Below, piece after piece: positions 25,480 to 39,966 of a stretch of DNA of 64,000 bases. Origin of the DNA: Octopus vulgaris (taxonomy: Eukaryota). The translations under genes were made by a program, and so were the position numbers. The notes below the pieces were generated by a model. It worked only from the letters and a program-made list of their open reading frames with translations, did no database searches and was not told the DNA's origin. The stretch covers positions 102,982,001 through 103,046,000 of the forward strand of contig OX597823.1 of the NCBI GenBank assembly GCA_951406725.2, in the 5' to 3' direction. How positions within the stretch are numbered: the first letter of the stretch is position 1; every line of letters begins with the position of its first letter.

Positions 25480-28400
25480 GTATATATCATCATCATTGTT
25501 TAACGTCCGCTTTCCATGCTAGCATGGGTTGGACGACGTGACTGAGGGCTGGCGAGCCAGACGGCTGCACCAGGCTCCAATCTTGATCTGGCAGAGTTTC
25601 TACAGCTGGATGCCCTTCCTAACGCCAACCACTCCGAGAGTGGTATATATATATATATATATTCACACATATATATTTTAATTTTCAATAGTTTTCTAAA
25701 CTGCTTACATCAAATTTCACTAACAAGGTCTGAAACCACCCAGGGCTATGTTAGAAGACACTTGCTTGAGGTATCACACAGTGGGAATGAACCCTGGACA
25801 ATGTGGTTGTAAAATGAACTTCTTAACCTCCCACACAGTGAAGCCTGCCAAGACAAAGTCTGTCATGATGCCTTAATGGCCCTACAGCTCAGAGGATGAT
25901 TCATCAATGTTAAATATCCGTTAAAGCTTTCCTTTCAGACAATATAAATCTTACCTTGTTTTATCTGCAGATTCACAACTTCCTGCACGAGCTCGGATGG
26001 CACTGTTACTGCTCCCTGGGCTGTGACTAGTATCACAGTTCTTTAATCTTTGCTTGGCATTTTCTTCAAATTCTTGCTGTACATATCTACTCAAGCTCTA
26101 CAAAACACATGCACAAAATTATAATTAAAAAAAAAAATTTTTTATGAAATTTAAATTCTAAGGTAATAGGAATTATTTTTTATGAGAAATTTTTTCTTAC
26201 AAATTCAGAAATTTGTTACTACATAGATCATTTACCTACGTATTACTCTCTATCTCATTAAGAACAATTAAGTTAATCAATAATTTAGTCAGATATATAT
26301 TTTGGATATATCATCAACATGATCATCATCATATTCATTATTATTGAATTATTTAATTGGAAAAGAACTATCAACTTACTTTCTGGACATACTTTACAAA
26401 ATGCCACCTCCACTCAACCCGACAGTGAGTAAACCAAGCAGCTATCACATGATATGCTAATGAGACCATAAAATGACTGAATCTAATCAAGTAAAGATGA
26501 AATAAAGAGGAATTAAATTACAATCATAATTATACAGCAAACTGTAAAAAAAAAAAACCCAACAAAAACAAAAAAATATAATCAACTATTGCAGGGAATG
26601 AAAAGACTACAAGAAATGTGGAAAACAACAATTGCGACTGGGAGTAAGAGAGATTTAATAGAAATTGATAATCAAGATAAAAGGAAGGTTGACTGTGAAA
26701 AGCACAAGGGTTATTGCTCTCACTAAAGAGGGACATAAGTGTTATGGGGGGAGACATTGAGAGAGATTATATTTTGACCCCCCTCACTTGTCAAAATAAG
26801 CAATGTGTGTTTATCACGTCCACTCTTTCCAAGGGTTAAGATCTATTTAGACAGTACTCTACAGCTTCACGCCTTTCCTGTTGCCGACCTTTACTTGTTT
26901 TTTTTTTTGTTTGTTTTCAAGTAAGGTATTTTTTATTCCTATGGGCCTCACACAGAAACCAACAAAATTACTGAACAGAAGTCTGTATAATTTATAGATG
27001 GAAACAGAGCAGCACTGCTCAGTGTTAGTCTGAAACCCATAGAAACAAATACTAATGCATACATGCATTCATGCTTTCACATACAAATGCATATACAAAT
27101 ATATTACAAAGTGCTTCCATACAGTTTCCATCAACCAAACTTCACTCACAAGACATTGGTCAGTCTGAGGTGTCCAAGGTGCCACATTGTATGACAGAAC
27201 CTGAAACAGCTGTGTGGTTACTTGCAAAATAAAATTCATAACCACTAAGTGGGATTGATTTCCAAATCAACAGAAATAGTTTCACCAGAAAAATGAAGTC
27301 AATGCATTTTCTTTCTTTTACATCAGCATTTCTAGACAATTTTTACAACTGATTGATAATTAGATTTAAATTGAAATAATGATATATCAAATTTTACAAA
27401 AATGTGAGAAATGGATAAAACTTACTTAAAGGGATTTGTATAAGGCATTGCAATAGCAAAAATGCTCAAATACTGGTCAGAAGTAAAACTCATATACAGA
27501 TTAGGAAAACGAACAATTGCTGTGAAAAGAAAGGAAAAAGAAATTGAAAATATCAGCTTTAAATTGGCATACACAAACTAAAATATAAATCTAATTAAAT
27601 TATAACGAAGCTTACAAGGGGATGCTGAAAAGTTTTTGGCTTTAAGAGTATCACAAAAGGCCCAAACTTCTGAATTCTTTTACAGGGCTTAGAAAAACTG
27701 AAAGGCTGTTGCAAAAAGTGTGTGAATCTGAGAAGAGAATATGTTGAATAAAATCATAATTAATTGATCCTCCTACATTTTCTTTTTTTATCCAAAGCCA
27801 GGACCTTTTCAATGCCCCTTCATAGTGTTAGTTGCTGTGAAAGTTGCAACATTCTTTTCTCTGCTCTCACTTATTGTAATACACTGCTTTATTTGGTACT
27901 TCCTCCTATTTCTTATTCTCTGGTTTCAGTTTTTTGGCCATGGCTATGACAGAGTACTGCCTGCTCATCTATAGTTGAATATATTAATGTCAGTACTTAT
28001 TTCATCAACTGGTACTTATTTTATGGACCTCAGATGGTTAAAAGCCAAAGTGAACTTCTGCACACAATGTATTTTGTCCAACACTTTACCAATTATGCTG
28101 TCTACCAGCCATTAAAAGAAATAAAAGAATCAAGGTTTCTCTTGACATCACCTAGCAACAGGAATTATCTTTCAAAGAAGCACAGGCTTCATAGAGGAAG
28201 AAAAAGGTCTTTGTGGATAAGTATTCAGTTGGTGATGCGGTTGGTATCATCATCAATATTTTGGTATATCCTTAACAGAATTCCAATTCCATTTAAGTCA
28301 CCACTTCTCACGGATAGTCTTTTGGTCTTTCTTAGGAGGAAAATTGTCAGATAGCAGTGTATCACTAGATGACTGGATGGTTGCCTGTATGCCACACACG

Positions 28401-31400
28401 CATTAAGAAACTGTTCCAAAGAGTCCTTGAATCTCTCCAAGTGAGTCCCTTTGGCACATTATCCAGTGAGTAGTTCTAGGTGTAGGTGAGTTATGCTTCT
28501 TGAGTGTAGGTCGTATTCTGCATCATAGAACTTAGAGGAACATAGCTGAATTTAGGAGAAAGTGTTACCTTCGAGAATTGTATTGATGGAAACAGCAAGT
28601 CACCATTAATTTAGTTTTATACTGTAGAACATTCATACATCAGAGTTATCACCACAGAATTTAGTACAATACAGCAAATGATAGTCATTGATTCATAGTA
28701 AATAGTGAACACTGCAGTGTGTTGTTTATACAAACAGTTTTAATACAAAGATGAACCAATTTCACTTTGCTTATGCTATTATTAACTGTCATGGAGGAAG
28801 TGTGAAAATCACAAAATTTTAAATTATGCTTATTCAAAAAACTTATAAATCAATATGACATCAGCTATCAATCAATACATTCCACAGTAATAATCTATAT
28901 TCAAAAGCATGTCATTTTTCAAACCAGAATGTCAAGATTTTGAGAGAATATCTCCCACCCCACACACATGTATGCATGTGCTTATATATACATATCTGTA
29001 TGAGTATGTGCATGTGTGGATACATGTGTGTGCATGTGTGGATATATGTGTGTGTGTGTGCATGTGCATGCGGACACACAAATACATACACACAGAAAAC
29101 AAATTCTGAGAGGAAACGTTGAGATGTTCTACTTACTTGATAAAAAGGTAAGTACAGGAATTCCCATATAGATAGTGGAAGAAATTTTACTAAGAGAAAG
29201 GATGATATCTGGGAGAAACCTCGTCATGGCATCAGGCATCTCAAAGGCACACATTCGAAGTGCATTCATACACAGCTGAGGACACCTTGACACCAGACCT
29301 ATCTTAAAGCAGTTTATTAATTCCATCTGTAATTGAAAGAAAATGGATATTAAAAATTGGCAAAGAACTGAATGAAATAAAATTTCTCTCTCTCTTACTT
29401 TTCTACCATAGCCTTAGATTGGCCAGTATGTTGTAAGTGGGCTTTAATAAATAGACATTATGTAGTAGTATACCCTGTCATCATCATAATTTTAATGCTC
29501 ACATTTCCATGAGTCATACAGAAAACACTGAGGCAGATTTTCTGCTACTGGATGCCCTTCCAGTCACCAACCCTCAACTGTTCCTATGCAAGCTAATATT
29601 TCCCTATGGCCTGATATGTTTTTCATGGAAGACTGAAAACACACATCATTACTTGTATGATGGTAATATTCAATTAGAACTCAATAAAATAAGTACCAGT
29701 TAAACACTGGGGTCAATATAATTGACTAACTCACTCCCCCAAAATTACTGGCCTTGTGCCAAAATTTGAAACCAATATTCAATTAGAACCATCATGTGAT
29801 GTCAGGCCAAAGAGACACACACAACACACACTCATCATAGTTTAACATCTGTTTTCCATGCTAGCATGGGTTGGACGGTTTGACCGGGGTATGGAAAGCC
29901 AGGAGGCTACACCAGGCTCCAGTCTGATCTGACAGTGTTTCTACAGCTGGATGCCCTTCCCAACACCAACCACTCCGTAAGTGTAGTGGGTGCTTTTTAC
30001 GTGCCACCGGATCAGGGGCCAGAGGAGGCTGGTAACATCCATGATCGGCTGGTGCTTTTTACGACAGGTTTCTTTACATTTCTGTCGACCAAATCCACTC
30101 AAAAGGATTTGGTCAGCCCAGGGTTATAGTAGAAGGTACTTGCCTACAGTGCTGTGCAGTGGAACTAAACTCTGCAAGCTTCTTAAGCACACAGCCATGT
30201 CCATGCATATATAAGGGATGAGCAAAGGATAGAAACATTGGTGAGAAATCTACAAATCCATTGCATTTCTCATAATGAAATAAGATGGGACTCAAGCCTA
30301 ACTTTTGTTGTAACTTCATCTCCCAGAATATTTTCTTTAATCTGCTTTTATCATAAGTATCAAAAGACAATGCAAACCTTTCTGGTTACTTATAAAGAAA
30401 TAAAGAAAGAAAGAAAATAACCACAGAAATAAGGTGTAAATGGTGAGAAAGAAAAGAATGCAGGTAACAATGAAGGAAAGATTTTCTGTTAATACATATA
30501 TACCTGTCGAGATCTTTGTAAATCACTCTGGTAAGTTACTATGGCACTGAGGACAGGAAATACCGCAGCTTGGAAATCAGATGTAGTAAACTTGGACGGG
30601 CTTTTTATTAATTTTCTAGGTAAACCCAGATTACGGTCTGTGATCTAAGGAAAAAAAACAGTTTGAAATGGAACAATAGTGAAGATATTGAATAGCAACT
30701 GTAATAAAATTAATATTTAAATAAAACAGTTTGAATTTTTAAAAAATAAGATGTTTTATCATTTTTCTCTTTTATAAAATAAATTTCAGTTTTGTTAAAA
30801 AAAATATTGAAAATAAAAATTAATTAAAATAAAGAGGTGAGAGGAATGAGTGCAGAATTTTATTGCCTTTTATTTTTTACCTGTTTGCCATTGGAGTGTA
30901 GCCATGCTGGGGCATCACCTGGAAGAGTTTTATTCAAATATATTGACCCCAGTACTTAAGCCTGGTACTTATTCTATTGGTCTATTATGCCAAACCACTA
31001 AGTCACAGGGATGTAAACAAACCATCACTAGCAGCCAAGCAGTGGAGAATGAAACAAACACAGACTCAAACATGATGCGTTTCCATACAGTTTCCATCTA
31101 CCAAATTCACTCACAAGGCATTGATTGGCCTGGGGTTATATTAGGTTGTTCAGAAAGTTCTGAGCATTTTTTAATATGCAAAAAGGGATATAAACAATTA
31201 ACCTTTCAATAAATTTCCATTATTATTAATGACCTTTGCCCATCTATCAGGCAATTTAAATTGTGTTACGTTTCAGATGTGTCCAATGAAGTGTTAATAG
31301 ATTTAGCTTAAAAATGCTCAGAACTTTCCAGACAACCTAATAGTAGAAGATGCTTGCCCAAGGTGCTGTGCAGTGGGACAGAACCCAAAACCATGTAGTT

Positions 31401-34400
31401 GCAAAGTGAGCTTCTTAACCATACAACCTCCTGAGCTTGTGAAACATTTTAAATTTGGGACAAATCCATACATTTTATAAGTTTAAAAGAAGGATTACAG
31501 GCAGTTGAATTAACATCAATATAATAACTAGTTCCTATTTTGCTGACCACAGAACGGGATGAAATCAAATACTATAAGGTATTTAAGTTCATTACCCAAC
31601 AGAGTCTGCCATCCTACCCAAATATCTTTAGGTTATAGAGAACTACAATGAGACACCATATATTTTCTCTGAAGAAGAAGACATACTTAATGCACATGGC
31701 TTTGCCAAGAGATATGAATTGTGAAAAGTAACAGAAATATTTTTTAAAACTGTTATGAGAGGAAAAGTAGTGAGATTCATAAAATGGTTTCAAGCAGGGA
31801 TTGTTGCTGTTTAGCCCCAGGTCATCCCCAAACAAAGGCATTCCAGATCTTTTGTCAATGTGCAGGGAACCTACAACCACACCATCTAATGTCTTCTTTT
31901 CTAGAAATGTGATGTGTGATTTACAGGAGATTTGGTTGCTATTTCTAGCAGGTCAAGTGACCATGTAGGGGAACTAGAAGCAGTTGTAGAAGTAATCCAA
32001 AGAAGCTGTTCATTTGTGAACTAGTGATGGAAGTATGGAGTTGGTGAGTGAAATTTTGCTAAATAAGAAATAAATCAAATCTCAATGAAATGATGTAGAA
32101 GAAAGAAGTGTGTCTTGAAATAAGAATATTTTCTGGCCCAAAACTGGTACAAATGAGCTAAAAAGTAATACTTACTAAATTGCAGAGACTGTGGCACAGC
32201 AAATCAATCAATTGTCCTCTCTCAGACAGAACTAAAGTTTTATTTCGTAATAAGTTTGGGAAAAGATTCAAAAAACATTTCCACACATTCCAATCCCTTT
32301 CCTAAAGATGAAAAAAAAAGAAAAACAGATAAAGTGATTCGTTATTTATGGTTTGCAGTTAAAAAAACATTTTGTTATTACATAAACAGTCATATTTTGA
32401 ACAGCAGTCATGTAATTTCCTTAATTAGTAACAAATATATATGTGTGTGTGTTTGTGTATTGAAACAAAAAGTTAAATTCTGGTCATGGAGTTACCAATA
32501 GTTTTGCGTCCACAAAAACCACAGTCTTGTAGATATATACATGTATGTATACATGCATGTACATATGTGCTGGTGCATGGCCAAGATCATACGATTGCAA
32601 GGTCATACTTCTGATTCCCAGAGCAGCTGGTGCATTGTGCTCTAGAGCAAAACGCTTCACTTCACACTGCTCCATGATTGCTTCAGCACCTGATATGTAG
32701 GTGGACACGCAAAGTCAATTTGATGGCGGAAGTAAGACAATGTACAGCACAAACATTTGACTCCTTCTTCAAAGATTTCCTCAGTTATAAAATTGTTTTA
32801 ACCGTTTTACTGTGTAAATTGAATATATCTGCTCACAATTTCATTACCTTTAACTGTTGAAAGCAGTTTCATTTAGCAGTCTATCTTTTGCTGAAAACAG
32901 CAACATGTTTGAAGCTATTTTCTATTGAGATGTCAATTTTATTGAGGCAACACAACTTGCAGAAAATACCAACTCTGTTTTTTAGTAGATATTTAACATA
33001 ATTTGTGGAATAACCATGAAATTTAATTTTGTAGTTAAAGTGTTTAAAATGTTTGATATAAACAAAAATACTACTAAAATACACATTATTATATATGTAA
33101 CTTGGTGACCAAAATTTTAAGAAAACTCCATAAAATCATCAACTTTTTTGAAAAAAAAAACAAGGATTTTTTTTGTTGTTATTTATGAAGTAAGTATCAT
33201 AATGTCTTTTTCACTCAATTATTTCAAAGATGGTATTCATTTAAAACAAATTTAAGAAGCAAAAAAAAAAAAAAAAAAATACTGGTAAACGATTTTGCTT
33301 TTAAGGTTCGTTAATAATTGAAGCAAATGCAAACATTACTTACATGCTTCAGACAATCACTAAAAAGTAGCAGGGTTTGTGAAAAATCAATAACAGATAC
33401 TGAATTCTGAACAGATAATGCTGAAGCTTGGTGGGTGGGTGTTGCAGGTGGGCTTCGATTTATCCCATACTGTTGGCTGGAAACAGAAATGAAAGATAGT
33501 GTTGCTTTTAAGAAACTGAGATATATTAAATATTGATTTCAAAATTTTGGCACAAGGCCAGCAATTCCAAGGGAGGGCATTATTTTATCAACTGGCACTA
33601 TTTTATCAACCCTTAAAGAATGAAAGGCAAAGTCGACCTCGGTGGAATTTGAACTCAGAATGTAAAGACAGATGAAATGCTGTGAAGCATTTTGCCCAGT
33701 GTGCTAACGATTCTGCCAGTTTGTTGCCTTGAAGATATATTAAATATTAACTTCAAATTCTGGCGGTGTTTATATGGCTTTAATTAACAAGTACAATTAA
33801 TCTTGCATTAAAACACATTTGAAACAACTGCATCAGTAACACTACATTTATGTGTCTGTAAAATTGTTTGTTTATTAAGTCCATATTAGTATACTTAATT
33901 CCAGGAGTATTAAAAAAAATATCAAATTAAAAATATGTGGCAAGGAAAGGTGAACATTAGCTCAATATCTAATATTCATCCATTAATCTTCTACACCCAA
34001 TATTCCTGGGAAGGTCATGGAGGTAGAATACTCAGACACCTCCTCCATAGGGTCCAATCAGAAGCAGCCATCCTTAGACTTTCCAACTGGATTCCAAAGT
34101 GTGACAAACTGAGACTAAAGATATTAAACAACCATTTTTTTTAGGTCTACCTGCCAGATTTTGTGGATCAAATATGAATATACCGGCATGCTGCCAGGCA
34201 TAAATAAGACCACCAAAAATTTCAATATGGAAAGGATTTGACAGAACAATCAAAGCACATCTTCTGCTGCATAATCTAACAAGGGACACATTTAGATTTT
34301 AGGTAGAAGAATCCATTTGAAAAATACATTGCAGCCTCCACCCAATGCCAGTACAACCAGCAATAAACCGGCAACTTGTTCTGGGAGGTATGTGGTGAGA

Positions 34401-37400
34401 ACATAAAGGATGTCTCTCAGGACCCCAAAGTGGGTCCCAGAGGCAACAACTGTAATGACTAGTAATAATTTGTCAAGTACAGGAGATAACTCTTTTTAAT
34501 ATCAATTTTAGTCTTATTAGATTTCCTCAATAAGACAAATCCTTCACTGTACCTGCTGAAGGACTAATGAAAGAATCACTAAATACACAATTAGTATATT
34601 TTAAAAATATACAGTTGCAGATATGAGTGTATAGTTAACAAGCTCACTTGACAGCTACATGATTTGGGATTTAATCCCAGTGTGAGGCACCTAAGGCAGC
34701 AAATGTCTTCTATTATAGCCCTGGGCTGACCAATGCCCTGTGAGTGGATCTGATAGATGAATACCAAAAGAAACACTTTGGGTATATATGTGTGTGTGTG
34801 TGTGTGTGGACGCGTCTATGTGTTTCTGTTTCCTTGCCTTGATATTTGTAAACGAGTATCACTGTCATGCAAGTGGTGTCCTTTGTTTCCAATCTTCCCT
34901 GAAAACATGTCTGGTCATGGAAATGTAGTGCGTAGCCATTTTTGAATAATAGCGCCAATTTGTGGTAGCTGGCAATATGACGTAATGTCATATTGACGAA
35001 GAAATATGATTGTCGTTTTTCCATTGGTTAATATAACTGCTCATATAGGAATTCTAAGAATTAGTTAAAGAATATTTTTATGTGATTTTGATTCTTTAAA
35101 GTCAAGTTGAGCAGTTATAAAAACCCTGGATTTTGGGAAAAAACTTCAGTGTTTGTTGGAGAAATATTACCTTACTTGGAAACGGGGAAGAAAATTTGCT
35201 TCAACAAATCCTGCCTGACCCATTATATCATAGAAAAGTGGACATAAAAAAAGAAAAATGTTAAGAGAAAACTTACTTTATTTTACAAAGCAGATGTGGA
35301 CTATAAGAAACTTTTCTGCTGTCTGGTTTTTCTGCCAGCCCTATTTGGTATTTACTGTTGCAGCGTAATAACAGAAGACATTCAATTATCTGTAACGACA
35401 AATATAAAACAGTCAATACTTCAGTAAGTGTTTGCTTGTTGATAAATGTTGATCATTGCAATTTTATATAAATATTGTACATGTGTGTTATGTGCCTGTA
35501 TCAGTGTTGTTTAAATGAGTGCATACTTATGAATATAGCTAGTGTATGAGTGTGTGTGGAATTACTTTAAATAATTTAACTTATGAGCCAAAAAAATATA
35601 TATATATATCCAGATACACCTTATATATACACAGTCCCCATGCCGGTGGCACATAAAAAGCACCATCCGAACATGGCCAATTCCAGCGCCGCCTTGACTG
35701 GCTCCCATGCTGGTGGCATGTAAATAGCACCATCCAATCATTGTCAATGCCAGCCAGGCCCCTGTGCCAGTGGCACGTAAAAAAAGCACCTACTACACTC
35801 TCAGAGTGGTTGATGATAGGAAGGACATCCAGCTGTAGAAACACTGCCTGATCAGACTGGAGCCTGGTGCAGCCTCTTGGCTTCCCAGACCCCAGTCGAA
35901 CCGTCCAACCCATGCCAGCATGGAAAACAGACGTTAATCAATGATGATGATGAAAATATATATACAGATATACACACAGAATTTATATAACTGTAGTAAT
36001 AAAACTTATTTACTAATTAATGAGACATCATCATCATCGTTTAATGTCCGTTTTCCATGCTAGCATGGGTATAGATTAATTAATTTAACATATACTTACA
36101 CTACATCGGATTTCACCACCAGTTGTGACCAATAAAGGGTGAGAGTACTGGAACGATGCATACTGTACTAATAAATTATATATACAAAGGCAACAGCTAC
36201 CCGGTGGACTGAGAATTTTAGCCTGGAAAATAAGAAAATAAGAAACAGATTTAAGAAATGATTTTATATTGTGAATTTAGGATGGATACAGTTAAATGTA
36301 CTTAAGAAATATTTGTTTTATTTATAAAAAGAACATTTACAACTGAACTACTTTTCAAGAGGTATATTCTCCAAACATTTTCAGGTTTTGTATCATCATT
36401 ATTTAACGATCAGTTTTCCATGTTTGCATAGGTTAAAAAGTATTTGTGAAGGTAGATTTCCTATGCTTGATACTGTTCCCGCTGCCAACTCTCACTTGTT
36501 TCCAAGTAAAGCAACATTTCCCATGTCCAGACATATTTCGTCCTGGAAGACTGGATACAAACACCACCTGTATGATGGTGAAGCTCATTTACAACCATCA
36601 CAAGATATCAAGACATGGGAACATGCACACATACACACACAATGGATTTCTTTCAGTATCTGTCTCTCAAATTCACTCATAAGACTTTGGTCAACTTGAA
36701 GCTAAAGTAGAAACTGTACCTTTCATTTTTTTTTGGTGGTGTTGATAGTGGAGAGAAATTAAATAAAGTACCAGTCATGTACTAGGGTTGCTGGTATTGA
36801 CTAGACCCCTTCCCCTCAAAACTGCTACATTTGTGCCTAAATTCGAAACAATTATTTAATTTACTAATAATGGTTTCTTATTTACAAAATGTCCCAAATA
36901 TGTCAAGGGGATGTTAAACTTATTTGAAAAGCATGGAATGAACAACATCAACAATAGCTATGAGACAATTTTTCTATGGCTGGGTACCCATACTTGCCCT
37001 AGATGTTGCACAGTAGGACCGAAACTAAGACCACATGGCTGGGAAGCAAGCTTCTGAAACACAGACCATGAGTAGTAAGCTAATGCTGTTGCACACATGA
37101 CAAAAATAGTAATTTAATATTTTTCATGTGCATACAGACACACACACGTGCATACACACAGACTGTAGTGCAGGTTTTAAGAAAAACTTTGTTCTTACCT
37201 TAAAAGTGTCCACCATAGCTTTCACAAGTTCTCGTGTGTCTCCCACCAAAGGGTCGTTTAAATGGTGCTTGACGTTCTGTCCCTCAATTGATTGTAACCA
37301 CAACTGAACAGGTTTCTTTATTACCTGCAATAATTAATTCATAGGGTAACTAATAAAATAGCAATATTAACTGGCTCGGCAATCAGAAATAAGTAAATAC

Positions 37401-39934
37401 ATAATTACAAAGAGAAAAAAAAAACTCATTTCAATGCATGGGAATCATGTAGCTTTTCTACAAGAACTTGTTCTGCCCCACCCTCCTCACATCCAATATT
37501 TTAACCCCTCATCCCAAAGTATAAAATTGACCCCACCCCCTCAGGATTTGTAGTCTTGTGAGCTGCATGGCAACACTGACAGTGCTGGTGGCATGAAAAA
37601 TGCACATAGGACACTCCACTAAAGTGGTTGGCATTAGAAAAGGCATCCAGCTATAGAAACCATGCTCGAAGCAGACATTGGAACATGATGCAGTCCTTGG
37701 CCTCATCAGATCCTGTCAACCCATCCAACTGGATGAATCCTGCATGGATCATCATCATTTACTGCCTGCTTTCCATGTTGGCATAGGTTAGATGGTTTGA
37801 CCATTACTGGTAAGCCACAGAGCTGCACCAAATTCCAGTCTGGTTTGGCATGGTTTCTATGGCTGGATGCCCTTCCTAACACCAACCACTCCAAGAGTGT
37901 AATGGGTGCTTGTATGTGCCACCAGCACAGATGCCGGTTACGTGATACCAGCATCAGCCACGACTGTGATTTCACTTAGCTTGATGAGTCTTCTCATGCA
38001 CAGCACATCACCAAAGGTCTCAGTCACTTATCATCACCTCCATGAGGTCCAACATTCAAAGATCATGCTTCAGCACCTCGTCCCATGTCTTTCTGGGTCT
38101 ACCTCTTTCACAGGTTCCCTCCACAGTTAGAGATTGGCCCTTCTTTACACAGCTGTCCTCTTCAGCCACAATTACAATTTCACTTAGCTTGACAGGTCTC
38201 CTCAAATGATGATGACAAATGGTGAGAGTAGTGACGGCCAGAATCCTTAGAGCGTCAGACACAATGTCTTGCATTATTTCTTCTGACTCTTTATTTTCTA
38301 GGTTCAAATCCTGCCATGGTCAAGGTCAACTGTACCTTTCATTTTTTTTTTTTTTTTTGGTGATGGTGATAGTGGAGAGAAATTAAATAAAGTACCAGTC
38401 ATGTACTAGGGTTGCTGGTATTGACTAGACCCCTTCCCATCAAAACTGCAACATTTGTGCCTAAATTCGAAACAATTATTTAATTTACTAATAATGGTTT
38501 CTTATTTACAAAATGTTCCAAATATGTCAACTTATTCGAAAAGCATGGAATGTACAACAACATCAACAATAGCTATGAGATACTTTTTCTATGGCTGGGA
38601 GAGGGAGAAGAAACATTATGGCTAAAATTTCAGTGTATTTGTAGCTACTTTTCTTTGAAAGGAATGGATGACCCTTGTTCATTTTTATGTCCACTTTTTA
38701 ATGCAAGCATAGATTAGATGAATACAAGTTGAGGCCTTGTTTTTACAGCTGGATGCCTTCCTGTTATTAACCATTTCATGTTTCTTTGAATTTGCACAGT
38801 AGAAATAATTGTAACTTACCCTATAAATTATTTCCAGTAAGTATTTATGATGCCGACTGTAAGGAACAATACTTAACAAGAGTTCAGCGCCAGCTTTACG
38901 TACAGCAGAATCTGGGTCAGTTTCCAAACGATGAAGAAATGTGCTCACAATTTCCACAAGTTTATCCTAAATCAAAGAGAAATTAATAAGAGAATAGCTA
39001 AATTATCAAAGAATACTTTGAATTTATCAACAGAAAATTCAGAGAGTGCTAGAGTTAAATTTCTGACAAAACTCCAATCATAAGCCTATGGTCCATAAGT
39101 CTATGGTTCTGACCATAAGTCTACAGTCCAGTTTTTTTTTGTGTGTTTTTTGTGGGTTTTTTTATCTTGTCTGTAACCACTTCATTATGTCTCTTAAGGC
39201 AGTAAGTTGACAGAATGGTTAGCAGACCAGACACGAATGGTTAGTGTCATTTCTTCCAGCTTTATGTTCAGAGTTAAAATTTTGCCAAGGTCAATTTGAC
39301 CTTTCATTTTTTTGAGATTGATAAAATAAGTACCAGTTGAGTACTAGGGTCTGTGTAATCAACTAGCTCCATTCCCCACAAAAGGTCAGGCCTTGTGCCT
39401 ATAGGAGAAAGAGTTGTATTTCTAACACTCTTAGAGAAAAGTATAAATGATGAGCAGTGTGTGCAACATTTCGTATAAACCTTTTCGCCTACATTGATAG
39501 CTTTATTATTTAGTTATAAGTTGTTTGGCTGATCAAGTAAATCTATGATTAGTCATGACCATCCTACATAGCAGTCAAACACAGTTGCTAAAACTAAATT
39601 ACTTTTTGTGTTCGTTTTTTTTTTTAAAGACAAAAAGAATGTGATCTGAGGCAGATTTAGCTGCTATTTTTAGTGGGCCAAGCAACCATATAGAAATTTC
39701 TTCTTCGGTTCACAGCAATAATAGAAAATCTAACAGATTTTATTTTTCAATCTTAAAACTGTTTTAAAATTGAATTAAAAGTTCTTGAGAGAAGAGGAAG
39801 GAGAGAGGGAGAGAGAGAGGGAGAGAGAGACAGGGAGAGAGAGAGAGAGACAGGGAGAGAGAGAGAGAGACAGGGAGAGAGAGAGAGAGACAGGGAGAGA
39901 GAGAGAGAGACAGGGAGAGAGAGAGAGAGAGATG

Positions 39935-39966
<32 letters not shown>

